Assembly: GCA_045599445.1 (NCBI GenBank)
Contig: JAZRWB010000011.1
Location: 3,090-67,089, forward strand
Reading direction: 5' to 3'
Length of the DNA stretch: 64,000 bases
From: Kiritimatiellia bacterium
GTDB lineage: Bacteria > Verrucomicrobiota > Kiritimatiellia > RFP12 > UBA1067
Shown: positions 36,301 to 43,534 of the stretch, piece by piece
Numbering within the stretch: position 1 is the stretch's first letter
Layout: every line of letters starts with the position of its first letter
Notes under the pieces: model-generated
What the model saw: the letters and a program-made list of their open reading frames with translations, nothing else
Databases searched by the model: none
What the model was told of the DNA's origin: nothing
Translations under genes and position numbers: made by a program

Positions 36301-38040
36301 GACTTGTTGATGGAGGTAACGCTCAACGGCGGTACGATGACCAACAGCGGGGCGGATGTTGGCGTGGGCAAAAAGCAATTTCCGACGATGAATTTTACCG
36401 ACGACTCAGTAATTGACGTGGTGCATGACTTCGGTTCGATTGCGCAAGGCTACGGAGCGCACACCGTGAATCTTGATGGCAATGTCGTCGAGAAGCGCGG
36501 CGCAGGAAATTACTATCTCGTGAATGCCACGATAGGAGGGGGCGGCGAATTCAAGGTTACCGAGGGAACGCTCGCCATTTCCTCTGGACTTACCATCCCT
36601 GCAGATACCGAATTCAAGTTGACCGTCGATAGCGCGGCTACCATTTCCTTCGCCAATACGGTTACCAAAAGCGGTGTATTCAATCTTGAAGTCGGCGGCT
36701 CGCTGTCGGCGCCGATTACCTTGGCAATCGACGAGTTGACGATTAATCAGGGCGCGGTTTTCGCCATAACCTCCTCTTCCGCCATTACTGCGGTCAGTGC
36801 CGTGCAAAACGGTTCGTTTACCGTAGATCTTTCGCAATTGGAACTTGACGAAACGCGCAAGCGACTACTGGCCGCGCCGGGCTTGGATATCGCGCATATC
36901 GATTTTACAGTTAGCGAGGCGGTCGAGAAGCGGTTGTATCGGTTAGTGTATATCGACGAGGTACTTTACGTGGAGCCAAACAATTTGACGATTGCGATTC
37001 CAAGCGTGGACAATGCTGATGTTTCGGTTTTAGTTGACGGCGAACCGGTCGAGGTCGTTGACAATTCGATTACGATTATTCGCGGGTCGGGTGTGGTCGT
37101 AACCTACGTCGCCAATCTAGGTTGGCTTTTCAACGACGCAACCGATCACAAATGTGTGCAACGGCAGGTTGTGTTGGACGACGTTCAGGAAGCGCCGAAT
37201 CCGTCCATTGACGAACGGCTTAGGCCGTATATTCCGTTGGTCGAGGCGAAAGTTAGTATTGGCGACGTCTACTATTTGGATTTCTGCGATGCGCTCGCGG
37301 AAGTGGCCGCCAACGAGGAGATTCGTCTTTGGGAAGCGGTTGTGTTGGGCGACGAGTATAATGTTTCCTGCGACATGGCGATAAATCTCAACGGCTTTGA
37401 AATGAGTGCGGAGGAGGCGTTGTCATTCATCATTGCTGGCGGAAATTCACTTTATCTTTATGATGGGTACGAGTTTGCCAAGCTTTTGGGCGGGGAGTTA
37501 AATAATATTCGCTTCAATCTTTCCGAGGGCACGATCTACTCGTATCTGAATCTCGATAGTCATGTCGATTCTGATCGGTATGTTCGGATATACAGTTCCA
37601 AGGTCGGCTATACGTATGTTACGGCCGAGAGCGTTCCGGAGTTGGTTTCGAAGTTCGTGCCCGGCGAAACGGAAACCGTATACTTGCCCTGCGAAAGCGA
37701 AGCTACCCTGATACCTCTTGTTGAAAAGGCCGAAAGCTTCGGCTATGCGCTTGAACCAGTATCAGCTATGAGTACTGAATATAAAGTTATTATTTCGCCC
37801 GACGAGGCGGTGAATGGCTCTAAGATCGAGAGCTTTGAGATCGCGGGCGGCAAGGCGACGATTACGATTCCCGCGAAGTCCAATCTGTACTATGGGCTTG
37901 AGTATGCGAACAATCCCGCCTTCAGCGGTTCGCAGGTGAAGTGGGCGAAGCAGGGGGCGACGACGCTTTCCGCCGAAGCCGAAGGAGCGAATATGTTTTA
38001 TCGTGTCGTTATCACCGATAAAGACCCGAATATAAAATAG
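30382..38040 (+). CDS. Giant secreted surface protein (about 2552 aa): beta-strand-repeat/beta-helix-like regions plus at least two LamG (concanavalin-like) domains
   Basis: Start MKMLKCLHLFAGMFFASTALA (signal peptide) with GGGAG Shine-Dalgarno. The ORF-track GTG at 30346 lies inside the promoter. LamG-type segments: ...VTEWKDISGNGNNATPV...CEVISFSEKLSDGQTETIEDYLLAKWGL and ...WTFDNGVDKGDNRL...RIFEGVLGPKSLRKL. Also ITKTGAGTLNL-type repeats. Confidence 0.8.
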   Translation: MKMLKCLHLFAGMFFASTALAAETVTVTDAKWGNMGAAPSTAGVTTGSIGNGNYSSFSFNFAAADNMSPKEIGNRGTVKIKKLTLVSRNDANANGMNKIRLTQGDKTVDGTVEIKTDNIVIYGSQFPGVSGDKYTQSKGYYVATFASDVEFDVSQNITFQLLNSEGQVTSYGLRMIQPANSVLTTSNGWSPAIEIVGDYTYAPSPTSEVVALFNFKSNDGTDAAGWTNHTQPDGGMIPKSGTLSMNGVTFATNSKGNFFPDNTSVVNTDYPSAIIADVKETLGLSDSIDFDANVYKTGLMNGGQSGHTATISGLTTGSEYVVYFGFGRLKTDDNNQVGGFTLNDCGSFASLEYVVTVAGQNTTVSQGWTSFTKGTAIRPGSNGLMMVKLAGVTPTNNGTIVFTMSGARGQINFLAVKEKELPPPGPAVSATISADTTWSALWEGGTAPVENTPVELTFNGSYTLSLNADAVGKSFKILGTSSADQTIKIDGSAANVAAFVGKVTLDSTFIGKVDYEFDATTASFTADDALKNAIKSASTNTKFVFKGADNYGATVDFDSANKNGTISSHIVLKGGSHLIKNGNAGTFANSTTCTAENPAIFITNGATLNFEGHDLNGWTGSIITGFAFRVDDGATLNLKNFGGTFFFRQQMCIVPGGTVNVPNGYNFELHGGNGTPEIVVPDAAVGNTKVATISGGIRFRDGENGASVAASVGANAILKIGPVALYAAGNDASIKKTGEGILEIASGTMAPKVIMGSGVLKLDDEATLSQVILDSATEVDVVSGSATLNAISGDFAITKTGAGTLNLPAAYTQTITLTGGQINRTATNTVVINGDIDLGTTEMPLSWAIDATSTGSIKLPTGFPFGQIAKASALPEGLAFKDSTGATISADKLEIDGGYIVLKKSEITTPYNVAEPTIIEDDLVFGEGGSINITHNGAMLMATGTITLPESSLPVTFICEDEYVVGTKISVVAAKAFKVGDIDATFENFTCKLTGKLPKGMEGEFQLVEEEGMKAIVFAITKSTYYTAEVAEILEKNTLQVRFDASCGVVVDDNGKVTEWKDISGNGNNATPVHYKHITDTPTLFSSDDDLREYVDFGERGSHQDLRIGSTVNGKTIFLVIDIQEDKDAFILGWGNDSDSYGGNYDFHRNVLYYFNGDSQVFAVRDNKIDKGNGRSELLKSGFRVLSLRTDGNGRFNSFSSDRNGCSDGENRTGGRKLCEVISFSEKLSDGQTETIEDYLLAKWGLNYRNEANIVGEIAWSEIQWKGGRYYADVETTLTVTGDTVLTFDTPIGNPDIEFIQESPDYQLEFVIEKESGCMPDMMIGAGEQLTLRGGTSEDPFVYTGWVSVEEGGTLVIDGGSVECEGFWGDGIVDVQRGEFRLGSMRGVKLNFAENTALLVDANAADGGEVTLMFESGSASPTVRFVDAETRHAVIVPVAGGVKITYDPEVSGKACLYDWTFDNGVDKGDNRLASVGRNTSALSWDTDYSKSNGFVTDEAFTYGTALNTKSTPYSDFTVDYPTEWTCMVAGVLPNVTNGALITFGTQGDGLIGLIAGSTENEVKIVRTTGNAQYVALATMTVPNARTTSHCYAFVKTEEKIVVYLDGVKWNETEVRGANFGARLQIGSVHGGVGSTGITKVDNATNATAIQAVRIFEGVLGPKSLRKLAEEFPYLSENGTFTRTFSSASENWVSDESWAKVGSGDKFSEPDAGSELKITASASTTVKMNFDGANAVYENVSINGSGSLTFDVGEEGYFAVNAGKTDVNVPITLKYGSLTIAVGPTTIGSSGSITFDYSAYPVDTIHSEGFIQLTGQIDEQSPDKIRLVKPTALLERRMDLVYRDEVYGIEYGFARDPIDLYFKNPTEMLALTNETELVDIDGNAKSRMMKDDVLVVANNATFTIATTALDVQLSTLKITNATVTVNIPAANLNGLAEIIVEDGGTLKFDSAAAAAYTGAIIVNEGGVFDVNGIPDLLMEVTLNGGTMTNSGADVGVGKKQFPTMNFTDDSVIDVVHDFGSIAQGYGAHTVNLDGNVVEKRGAGNYYLVNATIGGGGEFKVTEGTLAISSGLTIPADTEFKLTVDSAATISFANTVTKSGVFNLEVGGSLSAPITLAIDELTINQGAVFAITSSSAITAVSAVQNGSFTVDLSQLELDETRKRLLAAPGLDIAHIDFTVSEAVEKRLYRLVYIDEVLYVEPNNLTIAIPSVDNADVSVLVDGEPVEVVDNSITIIRGSGVVVTYVANLGWLFNDATDHKCVQRQVVLDDVQEAPNPSIDERLRPYIPLVEAKVSIGDVYYLDFCDALAEVAANEEIRLWEAVVLGDEYNVSCDMAINLNGFEMSAEEALSFIIAGGNSLYLYDGYEFAKLLGGELNNIRFNLSEGTIYSYLNLDSHVDSDRYVRIYSSKVGYTYVTAESVPELVSKFVPGETETVYLPCESEATLIPLVEKAESFGYALEPVSAMSTEYKVIISPDEAVNGSKIESFEIAGGKATITIPAKSNLYYGLEYANNPAFSGSQVKWAKQGATTLSAEAEGANMFYRVVITDKDPNIK

Positions 38041-39590
38041 TGAAGTTCAAGGTAGCGATCTTCGCGTTTCTCCTTTCGCTGTCGCTTTTCGCGACGGAGA
38101 AGCCGAACGTAATCTTCGTTCTTTGCGACGATCTCGGATATGGCGACGTCGGGTTCGCGTGGCAGGTGAAGCGTCCTACCGGGGCGATTAGAATCGAGAC
38201 TCCGAATCTCGACCGTCTCGCGTCCGAAGGCACGATCCTTACCGACCACTACTGCGCCTCGCCGGTTTGCGCGCCTTCGCGCGCCTCGATTATGACCGGC
38301 AAGTTGCAGCTCGGTCTCGCCAAAGCCGGCGATGAAGGTTGCTCGCTTGTAGATAATAACTTCGACTTCCCGATTTCCGAAACGCGGACATTGGGAACGG
38401 TGATGAAGAAGGCGGGCTACGAGACCTATGCGATCGGCAAGTGGGGCATTGGCGGAGGCGGTGAATCGGGGAAGGATCGCATAGCGCATCCGCTCGCGCG
38501 CGGCTTCGACCACTACTACGGCTTTTTCGACCATCTCGCTGGCCACACCTATTATCACTACGACGGCATCTTGAGCGGTAAGGTGTATATGGGCGTTTAC
38601 GAGTCCGGCGCGCGACCCAAGGAATTTGCGGACGCGGCATACGATACGAAGTTGAAGGCGAACGGCGGCGACGAGAACTTGAAGGCGTATTGGAATGCGA
38701 CCAAGACGGCCGAAGGTCGCTATTCGACCGATGTCTTCATCGCGCGAGCCAAGAAGTCCATCGAAGAGCAGCTCGCCGATTCGGAGCGTAAGCGCAATCC
38801 GTTTTTCATTTATCTAGCGATTAATACGATTCACGGTTCCGGGCGCGACAATGCGACGCTTAAGAACACCCATTCTTTGCACGTGCCAGGCGGCGAGTAT
38901 GTGCGTTCCAACAATGCGGACGGGTCGGTTAAGTGGCCGCTAGAGGTGGAGCCGATTGAAAAGCGCAATACGTGGATCGATCCGCGTTATCGGGGCAAGG
39001 GGCTTTGCGAAAACGCCCAGCGTTACGCGACGGCGATTTCGCGGCTGGACGACGCGATGGGCGATCTCGTGGACTTCCTGAAGCGCAAGGGAATCTACAA
39101 GAATACGATTATCATCTTCACGAGCGACAACGGGCCGGCCGCCGAATACGGCGCTGATCCCCGTTTCTTCGAGTCGTACGGTCCCTTCGACGGAATGAAG
39201 CGCGATGTTTACGAGGGCGGGATGAGGATGCCGACATTCGTTGCCTGGCCCGGCCGAAAGCACAAGCCCACGGAAAGCGCGCCGTCCATTTCCGCGGATT
39301 GGCTCGCCGCCTTGGAGGGGCTTACGAAGGCGAAGAAGCCGACGCTCCCGATACCGGTTTCCAAACGCATCGAGGCGAACTATCGGCATGGTGGAGGAGG
39401 AAGTCCGTATGCGAACGAGTTTCGTGCGCGCAAGGGCGCGGAGAATTGCGGGGGCGTGCAATGGATGTCGCGCGAGGGCGATATCGTGAGTTTGGTCGCG
39501 GGTAGTATTCCTAAGGATAATCCGCGTAAGTACAATGTGGTGAAAGATCCACATCAAGATCATCCGCTTAAAGAAGGAGAAATAAAATGA
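38040..39590 (+). CDS. Cys-type (formylglycine) arylsulfatase, secreted
   Basis: 516 aa. Signal peptide MKFKVAIFAFLLSLSLFA. CDDLGYGDVGF; FGly motif CAPSRASIMTGK; FTSDNGP. The GTG start overlaps the upstream TAG by 1 nt. Confidence 0.85.
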   Translation: MKFKVAIFAFLLSLSLFATEKPNVIFVLCDDLGYGDVGFAWQVKRPTGAIRIETPNLDRLASEGTILTDHYCASPVCAPSRASIMTGKLQLGLAKAGDEGCSLVDNNFDFPISETRTLGTVMKKAGYETYAIGKWGIGGGGESGKDRIAHPLARGFDHYYGFFDHLAGHTYYHYDGILSGKVYMGVYESGARPKEFADAAYDTKLKANGGDENLKAYWNATKTAEGRYSTDVFIARAKKSIEEQLADSERKRNPFFIYLAINTIHGSGRDNATLKNTHSLHVPGGEYVRSNNADGSVKWPLEVEPIEKRNTWIDPRYRGKGLCENAQRYATAISRLDDAMGDLVDFLKRKGIYKNTIIIFTSDNGPAAEYGADPRFFESYGPFDGMKRDVYEGGMRMPTFVAWPGRKHKPTESAPSISADWLAALEGLTKAKKPTLPIPVSKRIEANYRHGGGGSPYANEFRARKGAENCGGVQWMSREGDIVSLVAGSIPKDNPRKYNVVKDPHQDHPLKEGEIK

Positions 39591-42500
39591 AAACAATTAT
39601 TCGTTCGTTGATTACGATACTTGCGTTTGCGGTAACTTCCGCATTCGCCGCCGAGCCGGTTGCGGTATGGAACGGTGAAGACCTAAACGGAACTACGCAG
39701 GGAGGTGTGACGCTCAATTTGAACGGCAATGCATATGCTGATGGTGCCATTACGATATCTGGCTCCAATGGTGTGCTTTTGAATAATGCAAACGCAAATG
39801 TTTGTAGCGTTATCATTGAATACGAGAATTTTAATACGGCGGCGAATGCCGCGCAGACATTGTTCACACTACAAAAGAGCGGTGGTGAAGATAACAATAT
39901 CGGTGTTTATTGGAATACCAATGCAAAAGTGCATGGCATTTACAAGAATAGTAGCTGGGACAATGATTATACCGCGAATCCCATTCCCGCGTCTGGTCGC
40001 CTTTGCTTTGGATACAACAAAGGAGGAAACGGCGTTACCGTGTATGCCGGGAATGTTACCGTGTATGATGCTAGTGGCTTGAAAGAAGGCGGCTCTACTT
40101 ATACGGGCGTGGCAATTGGCGGATATCGCGGAACGACCGCTATTGGCGTGGCAAGTAACATGAAGATTACCGCAATAGCGTTTTTCACATCGAAGCTTTC
40201 TGCTTCTGACGCTGCTGCTTACGAATTTCCGAGCAATTCGACAGGGCCGCAACTTGTTTGGGAAGGCAATTCGGCAACTGCCAATAAGACCTTGTCTCAG
40301 GCGGTTGAGAAGGGCAAGCCGTTCACGCTTATTGTCAATATGACGAATACAGATTCCAGCACGCCTGCTGGCTCGTATATCATCAATAAGATTAATCCTG
40401 GCCAGATAATTACTCCCTTCTGTATAGCGACCGAATCCTTCACGGGTTTCAATACGAGCGGGAACGTTCCGAATAGTTGCGTATCGTATTATGAGAAGAA
40501 GTCTGGTGGATTTTGGGTTGGCGTTGGGTCTCGTAGCAATTCAGGGAATGCGACATGGAACGAAGAGAAGAAGGGTGATGATGTATCTGCTTACGATTCG
40601 ATATATGTTGCGTATTCTGGAACGGTTGGTTCGAATGGACAAGTGGCGAGTTATGTGCGGATGATTTATGCGCACAACAAGAATACTGATCAGTATTATA
40701 CGCTTTCCAGTACAAGCGCGTCATTGACGATTTCCGATTCGCTCGACACAATGAATGTCAATTCATCTGCGGATGCGCTTAGCTTTAAGGTTTATCTCGA
40801 TAACATTCAGCGTAATGCGGATGGGATTAAGCAGGCGATTGAAGACATTATAAATCCTCCTGCGTCTGTTGTGTCGGCGACGATTTCTGGTGATACGACT
40901 TGGGGCAACCTTGGATGGAGTCCTTCGGCGCCGACAGCGAGCGATAAGGCGGAGCTTATGGTTTCGGCGAATGCGAAGTTGACGATTGATGATGATACGG
41001 CTTTTAAGTCGCTCAAGCTTATTGGCGCGCGGAACCTCACGATTGCCGGCATTACTTCGTCGAATGTTGCGCTGCTTTCGAAGATTTCCATTGGCTCGTT
41101 CACGGGCAAGTTGACGTTCGAGATTGACGCTTCGGCTGGGTTTACGGCGGATGATACGCTTAAGAACCTTATCAAGTCGGCGAATACGCAATATACTTTC
41201 GTCTTTAAGAGCACGGTTGCGAACAAGGGCGCTGCGATAAATTATGGCGACACCGATATCAAGGATGGACAGTCATTTAAGACGCATATTGTTTTCGAGG
41301 GCGGTGCGCATACCTTCCAGTATCGTGCCGAGTATGCGAGCCTTAAGTTTGGTGCAAATGCGACGTCTGACAATCCGACCATCCGTATTACCAATAATGC
41401 GACATTGACATTCGCCGCGCGCAATCTTTGTGGTTGGACTTCTGGTAACTCCAATGCAGATGGCATCATTCGTGTTGATAATGGTTCCAAGCTTTACCTC
41501 AATCCAACTGGCGGTACGCTTTATTGGGCGCAGCAATTCTATCTTGAACCAGGTGCGCAGCTTACTTATTCCGATGGCGCTAGTTTCCGTATTAATGGTG
41601 GCACTAATTATGCGCCGCAGATTTTCGTCCCATCTTCAAATACTGATATGACGGCAACGCCTGCCAGAATTATTCGTTCGGGGAATAATGATTTTTGTGT
41701 AAATGGTCAGGGCACAAAGGGCATGGCAATTTCCGTTGGCGCAAATTCAAAACTTACCATCGAAAGTGGTATTGCTTTGAATGATGCCAATTGCGATATT
41801 ATCAAGTTGGGCGATGGCATTTTGGAGGTAGCTGGGAATATCGTAAATCAGAATTTCATTGTTGACGATGGTAGTGTTTCGTTGCGCGGTTCCATTACGA
41901 AACTTACATTTAATCAAAATGGGGCGCTTGATCTTAATAACGGTGCGCCGACGATTACGGGGAGCTTGGTTACCGCTGTCGAAAAGCAGCTTAAGCTCGT
42001 GATTGATAATCCGACGCACATGATGGAGGTAATTACGCTTCCAGCTGCCGCCGACAAGACGGGTTGGACGGCGATTGTCAACGGACGCGAGGCGGAGAAT
42101 GAGCTTATCGTGGACGGGAACACGCTCAAGCTTAAGTGGAGGATTCCGCCGACGATCAAAGTCGATATTGACGACATTACGATTGAGTCAACGAGCGATT
42201 GGAATGGTGGAACGGTGAAGATTGATGTAAGCAAGCGTGATGAACACGACTATAAAGGTGCCATTACTTATTGGCTCAAGTTCGGTGATAAGACGGTTGA
42301 GGGTTCGGTAGAGAACAATGTCGCGACCTTTACGCTTGATACTGACTTCACTGCCGGCAACATCTATCGTGGCATATTCGAGCTTGGATATGGCGACGCT
42401 GGCGATACGATCGAAGCGGCGGAAGTAATCGTCTATGAAGGTAAGCTTGCCTACAAGAATAAGGATGATTTGTGGGTGAACGAAACGCCAACTACCCTTA

Positions 42501-43531
42501 AGTCGACTGGTAGCTACGATCCCGATAATGTTACGGTTGTGGACGATATCATCGAGATTAATACGCAAGACAAAGTTACCTTCTCGCCCACCCTTGATCC
42601 TGATTATGTGGATAAGTGCGATAGCGAGCTTACGATGACCATCTTTGCCAGCGAAGCGGTGGATGATGATATGTCGGTTGAGGAAGGCGCGCAGGCGGGT
42701 GTAATGATTATTTCGGATGGAAGTGACGGCGTGGAATTCCGCTTTATTGGATGCGACGAAAACGGTGAGTGGCAATGGATGCAAGGTCCTGCGGCCGAGC
42801 TTAACACCGATTACGAAGTTACGATCTCCTTCCATTATGCGAAAGATGCGGACGATAGCGATAGCGTGACTTACACGATTAAGGGCTTTACGGGTGGTTC
42901 CTATACCTACGCGCATCGTCCGAACACCGCCGACAAGGTAACGGAAATTGTCTTTGCGGATGGTACGCGCTTCAAATCGCTCACCGGCACTTGCCAAATC
43001 GAAGTCGCCGACCCGGTTGCGCAAGGCATCAAGCCCGGCGAAAAACAGGAGATTACGGCGGATAATGATGATGAGGCGCAAGAAAAGGCAGCTAAGATTC
43101 CCGTCATGATTCCCGAAGACGAGGCGGTTATCGATGTGCTCAATACTGACGAGGCGAAGGACACGTACAAGAGGCTCTTTAGGGTCGTTGCGGTAAAGAA
43201 GGATAGTTCGTACATGGCCGAGGTCGTCTTCGCCGAGGAAGCGAAGAAGGATATCAAGGACGATGAAGAGAAGATTCTTACTGAGGTTGTGAGCGCACTA
43301 TCTTCGCTCTTGGGAGAGGAAGGCGAGCTTGAAAATATCACGGGCCAACCCGGTCTTTATTACGGCATCGCGTCCGATGGCGAGCTCGTCAAGATGGGCA
43401 ATGCCCAGCCGGACGACTGGAAGATTGCCGGTGCGGACGGCAACATCGTTGGTCTCAAGGTCAAAAAGACCGCAAGCGCCAAGCAGGGCTTCTACAAGGT
43501 CATTTGCACGCCAACAAAACCGGCTAAATAA
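39587..43531 (+). CDS. Giant secreted surface protein (1314 aa) with N-terminal LamG-like domain and a module paralogous to the 30382 gene
   Basis: Signal peptide MKTIIRSLITILAFAVTSAFA. LamG-like WNGEDLNGTTQGGVTLNLNGNAY...ITAIAFFTSKLSASDAAAY. A module of about 320 aa at 40860-41840 is colinear with 31660-32620. ATGA overlap with the sulfatase stop. Confidence 0.8.
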   Translation: MKTIIRSLITILAFAVTSAFAAEPVAVWNGEDLNGTTQGGVTLNLNGNAYADGAITISGSNGVLLNNANANVCSVIIEYENFNTAANAAQTLFTLQKSGGEDNNIGVYWNTNAKVHGIYKNSSWDNDYTANPIPASGRLCFGYNKGGNGVTVYAGNVTVYDASGLKEGGSTYTGVAIGGYRGTTAIGVASNMKITAIAFFTSKLSASDAAAYEFPSNSTGPQLVWEGNSATANKTLSQAVEKGKPFTLIVNMTNTDSSTPAGSYIINKINPGQIITPFCIATESFTGFNTSGNVPNSCVSYYEKKSGGFWVGVGSRSNSGNATWNEEKKGDDVSAYDSIYVAYSGTVGSNGQVASYVRMIYAHNKNTDQYYTLSSTSASLTISDSLDTMNVNSSADALSFKVYLDNIQRNADGIKQAIEDIINPPASVVSATISGDTTWGNLGWSPSAPTASDKAELMVSANAKLTIDDDTAFKSLKLIGARNLTIAGITSSNVALLSKISIGSFTGKLTFEIDASAGFTADDTLKNLIKSANTQYTFVFKSTVANKGAAINYGDTDIKDGQSFKTHIVFEGGAHTFQYRAEYASLKFGANATSDNPTIRITNNATLTFAARNLCGWTSGNSNADGIIRVDNGSKLYLNPTGGTLYWAQQFYLEPGAQLTYSDGASFRINGGTNYAPQIFVPSSNTDMTATPARIIRSGNNDFCVNGQGTKGMAISVGANSKLTIESGIALNDANCDIIKLGDGILEVAGNIVNQNFIVDDGSVSLRGSITKLTFNQNGALDLNNGAPTITGSLVTAVEKQLKLVIDNPTHMMEVITLPAAADKTGWTAIVNGREAENELIVDGNTLKLKWRIPPTIKVDIDDITIESTSDWNGGTVKIDVSKRDEHDYKGAITYWLKFGDKTVEGSVENNVATFTLDTDFTAGNIYRGIFELGYGDAGDTIEAAEVIVYEGKLAYKNKDDLWVNETPTTLKSTGSYDPDNVTVVDDIIEINTQDKVTFSPTLDPDYVDKCDSELTMTIFASEAVDDDMSVEEGAQAGVMIISDGSDGVEFRFIGCDENGEWQWMQGPAAELNTDYEVTISFHYAKDADDSDSVTYTIKGFTGGSYTYAHRPNTADKVTEIVFADGTRFKSLTGTCQIEVADPVAQGIKPGEKQEITADNDDEAQEKAAKIPVMIPEDEAVIDVLNTDEAKDTYKRLFRVVAVKKDSSYMAEVVFAEEAKKDIKDDEEKILTEVVSALSSLLGEEGELENITGQPGLYYGIASDGELVKMGNAQPDDWKIAGADGNIVGLKVKKTASAKQGFYKVICTPTKPAK

Positions 43532-43534
43532 TAA

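Noticed and set aside
33943-36378. 811-aa ORF on the minus strand, antisense to the 2552-aa giant gene
   Set aside because: The translation is compositionally odd (Arg/Ile/Asn-rich, no motifs). There is no promoter or ribosome-binding site. It lies entirely inside a plus-strand gene with clear LamG domain homology. It is a shadow ORF caused by the codon bias of the sense frame.
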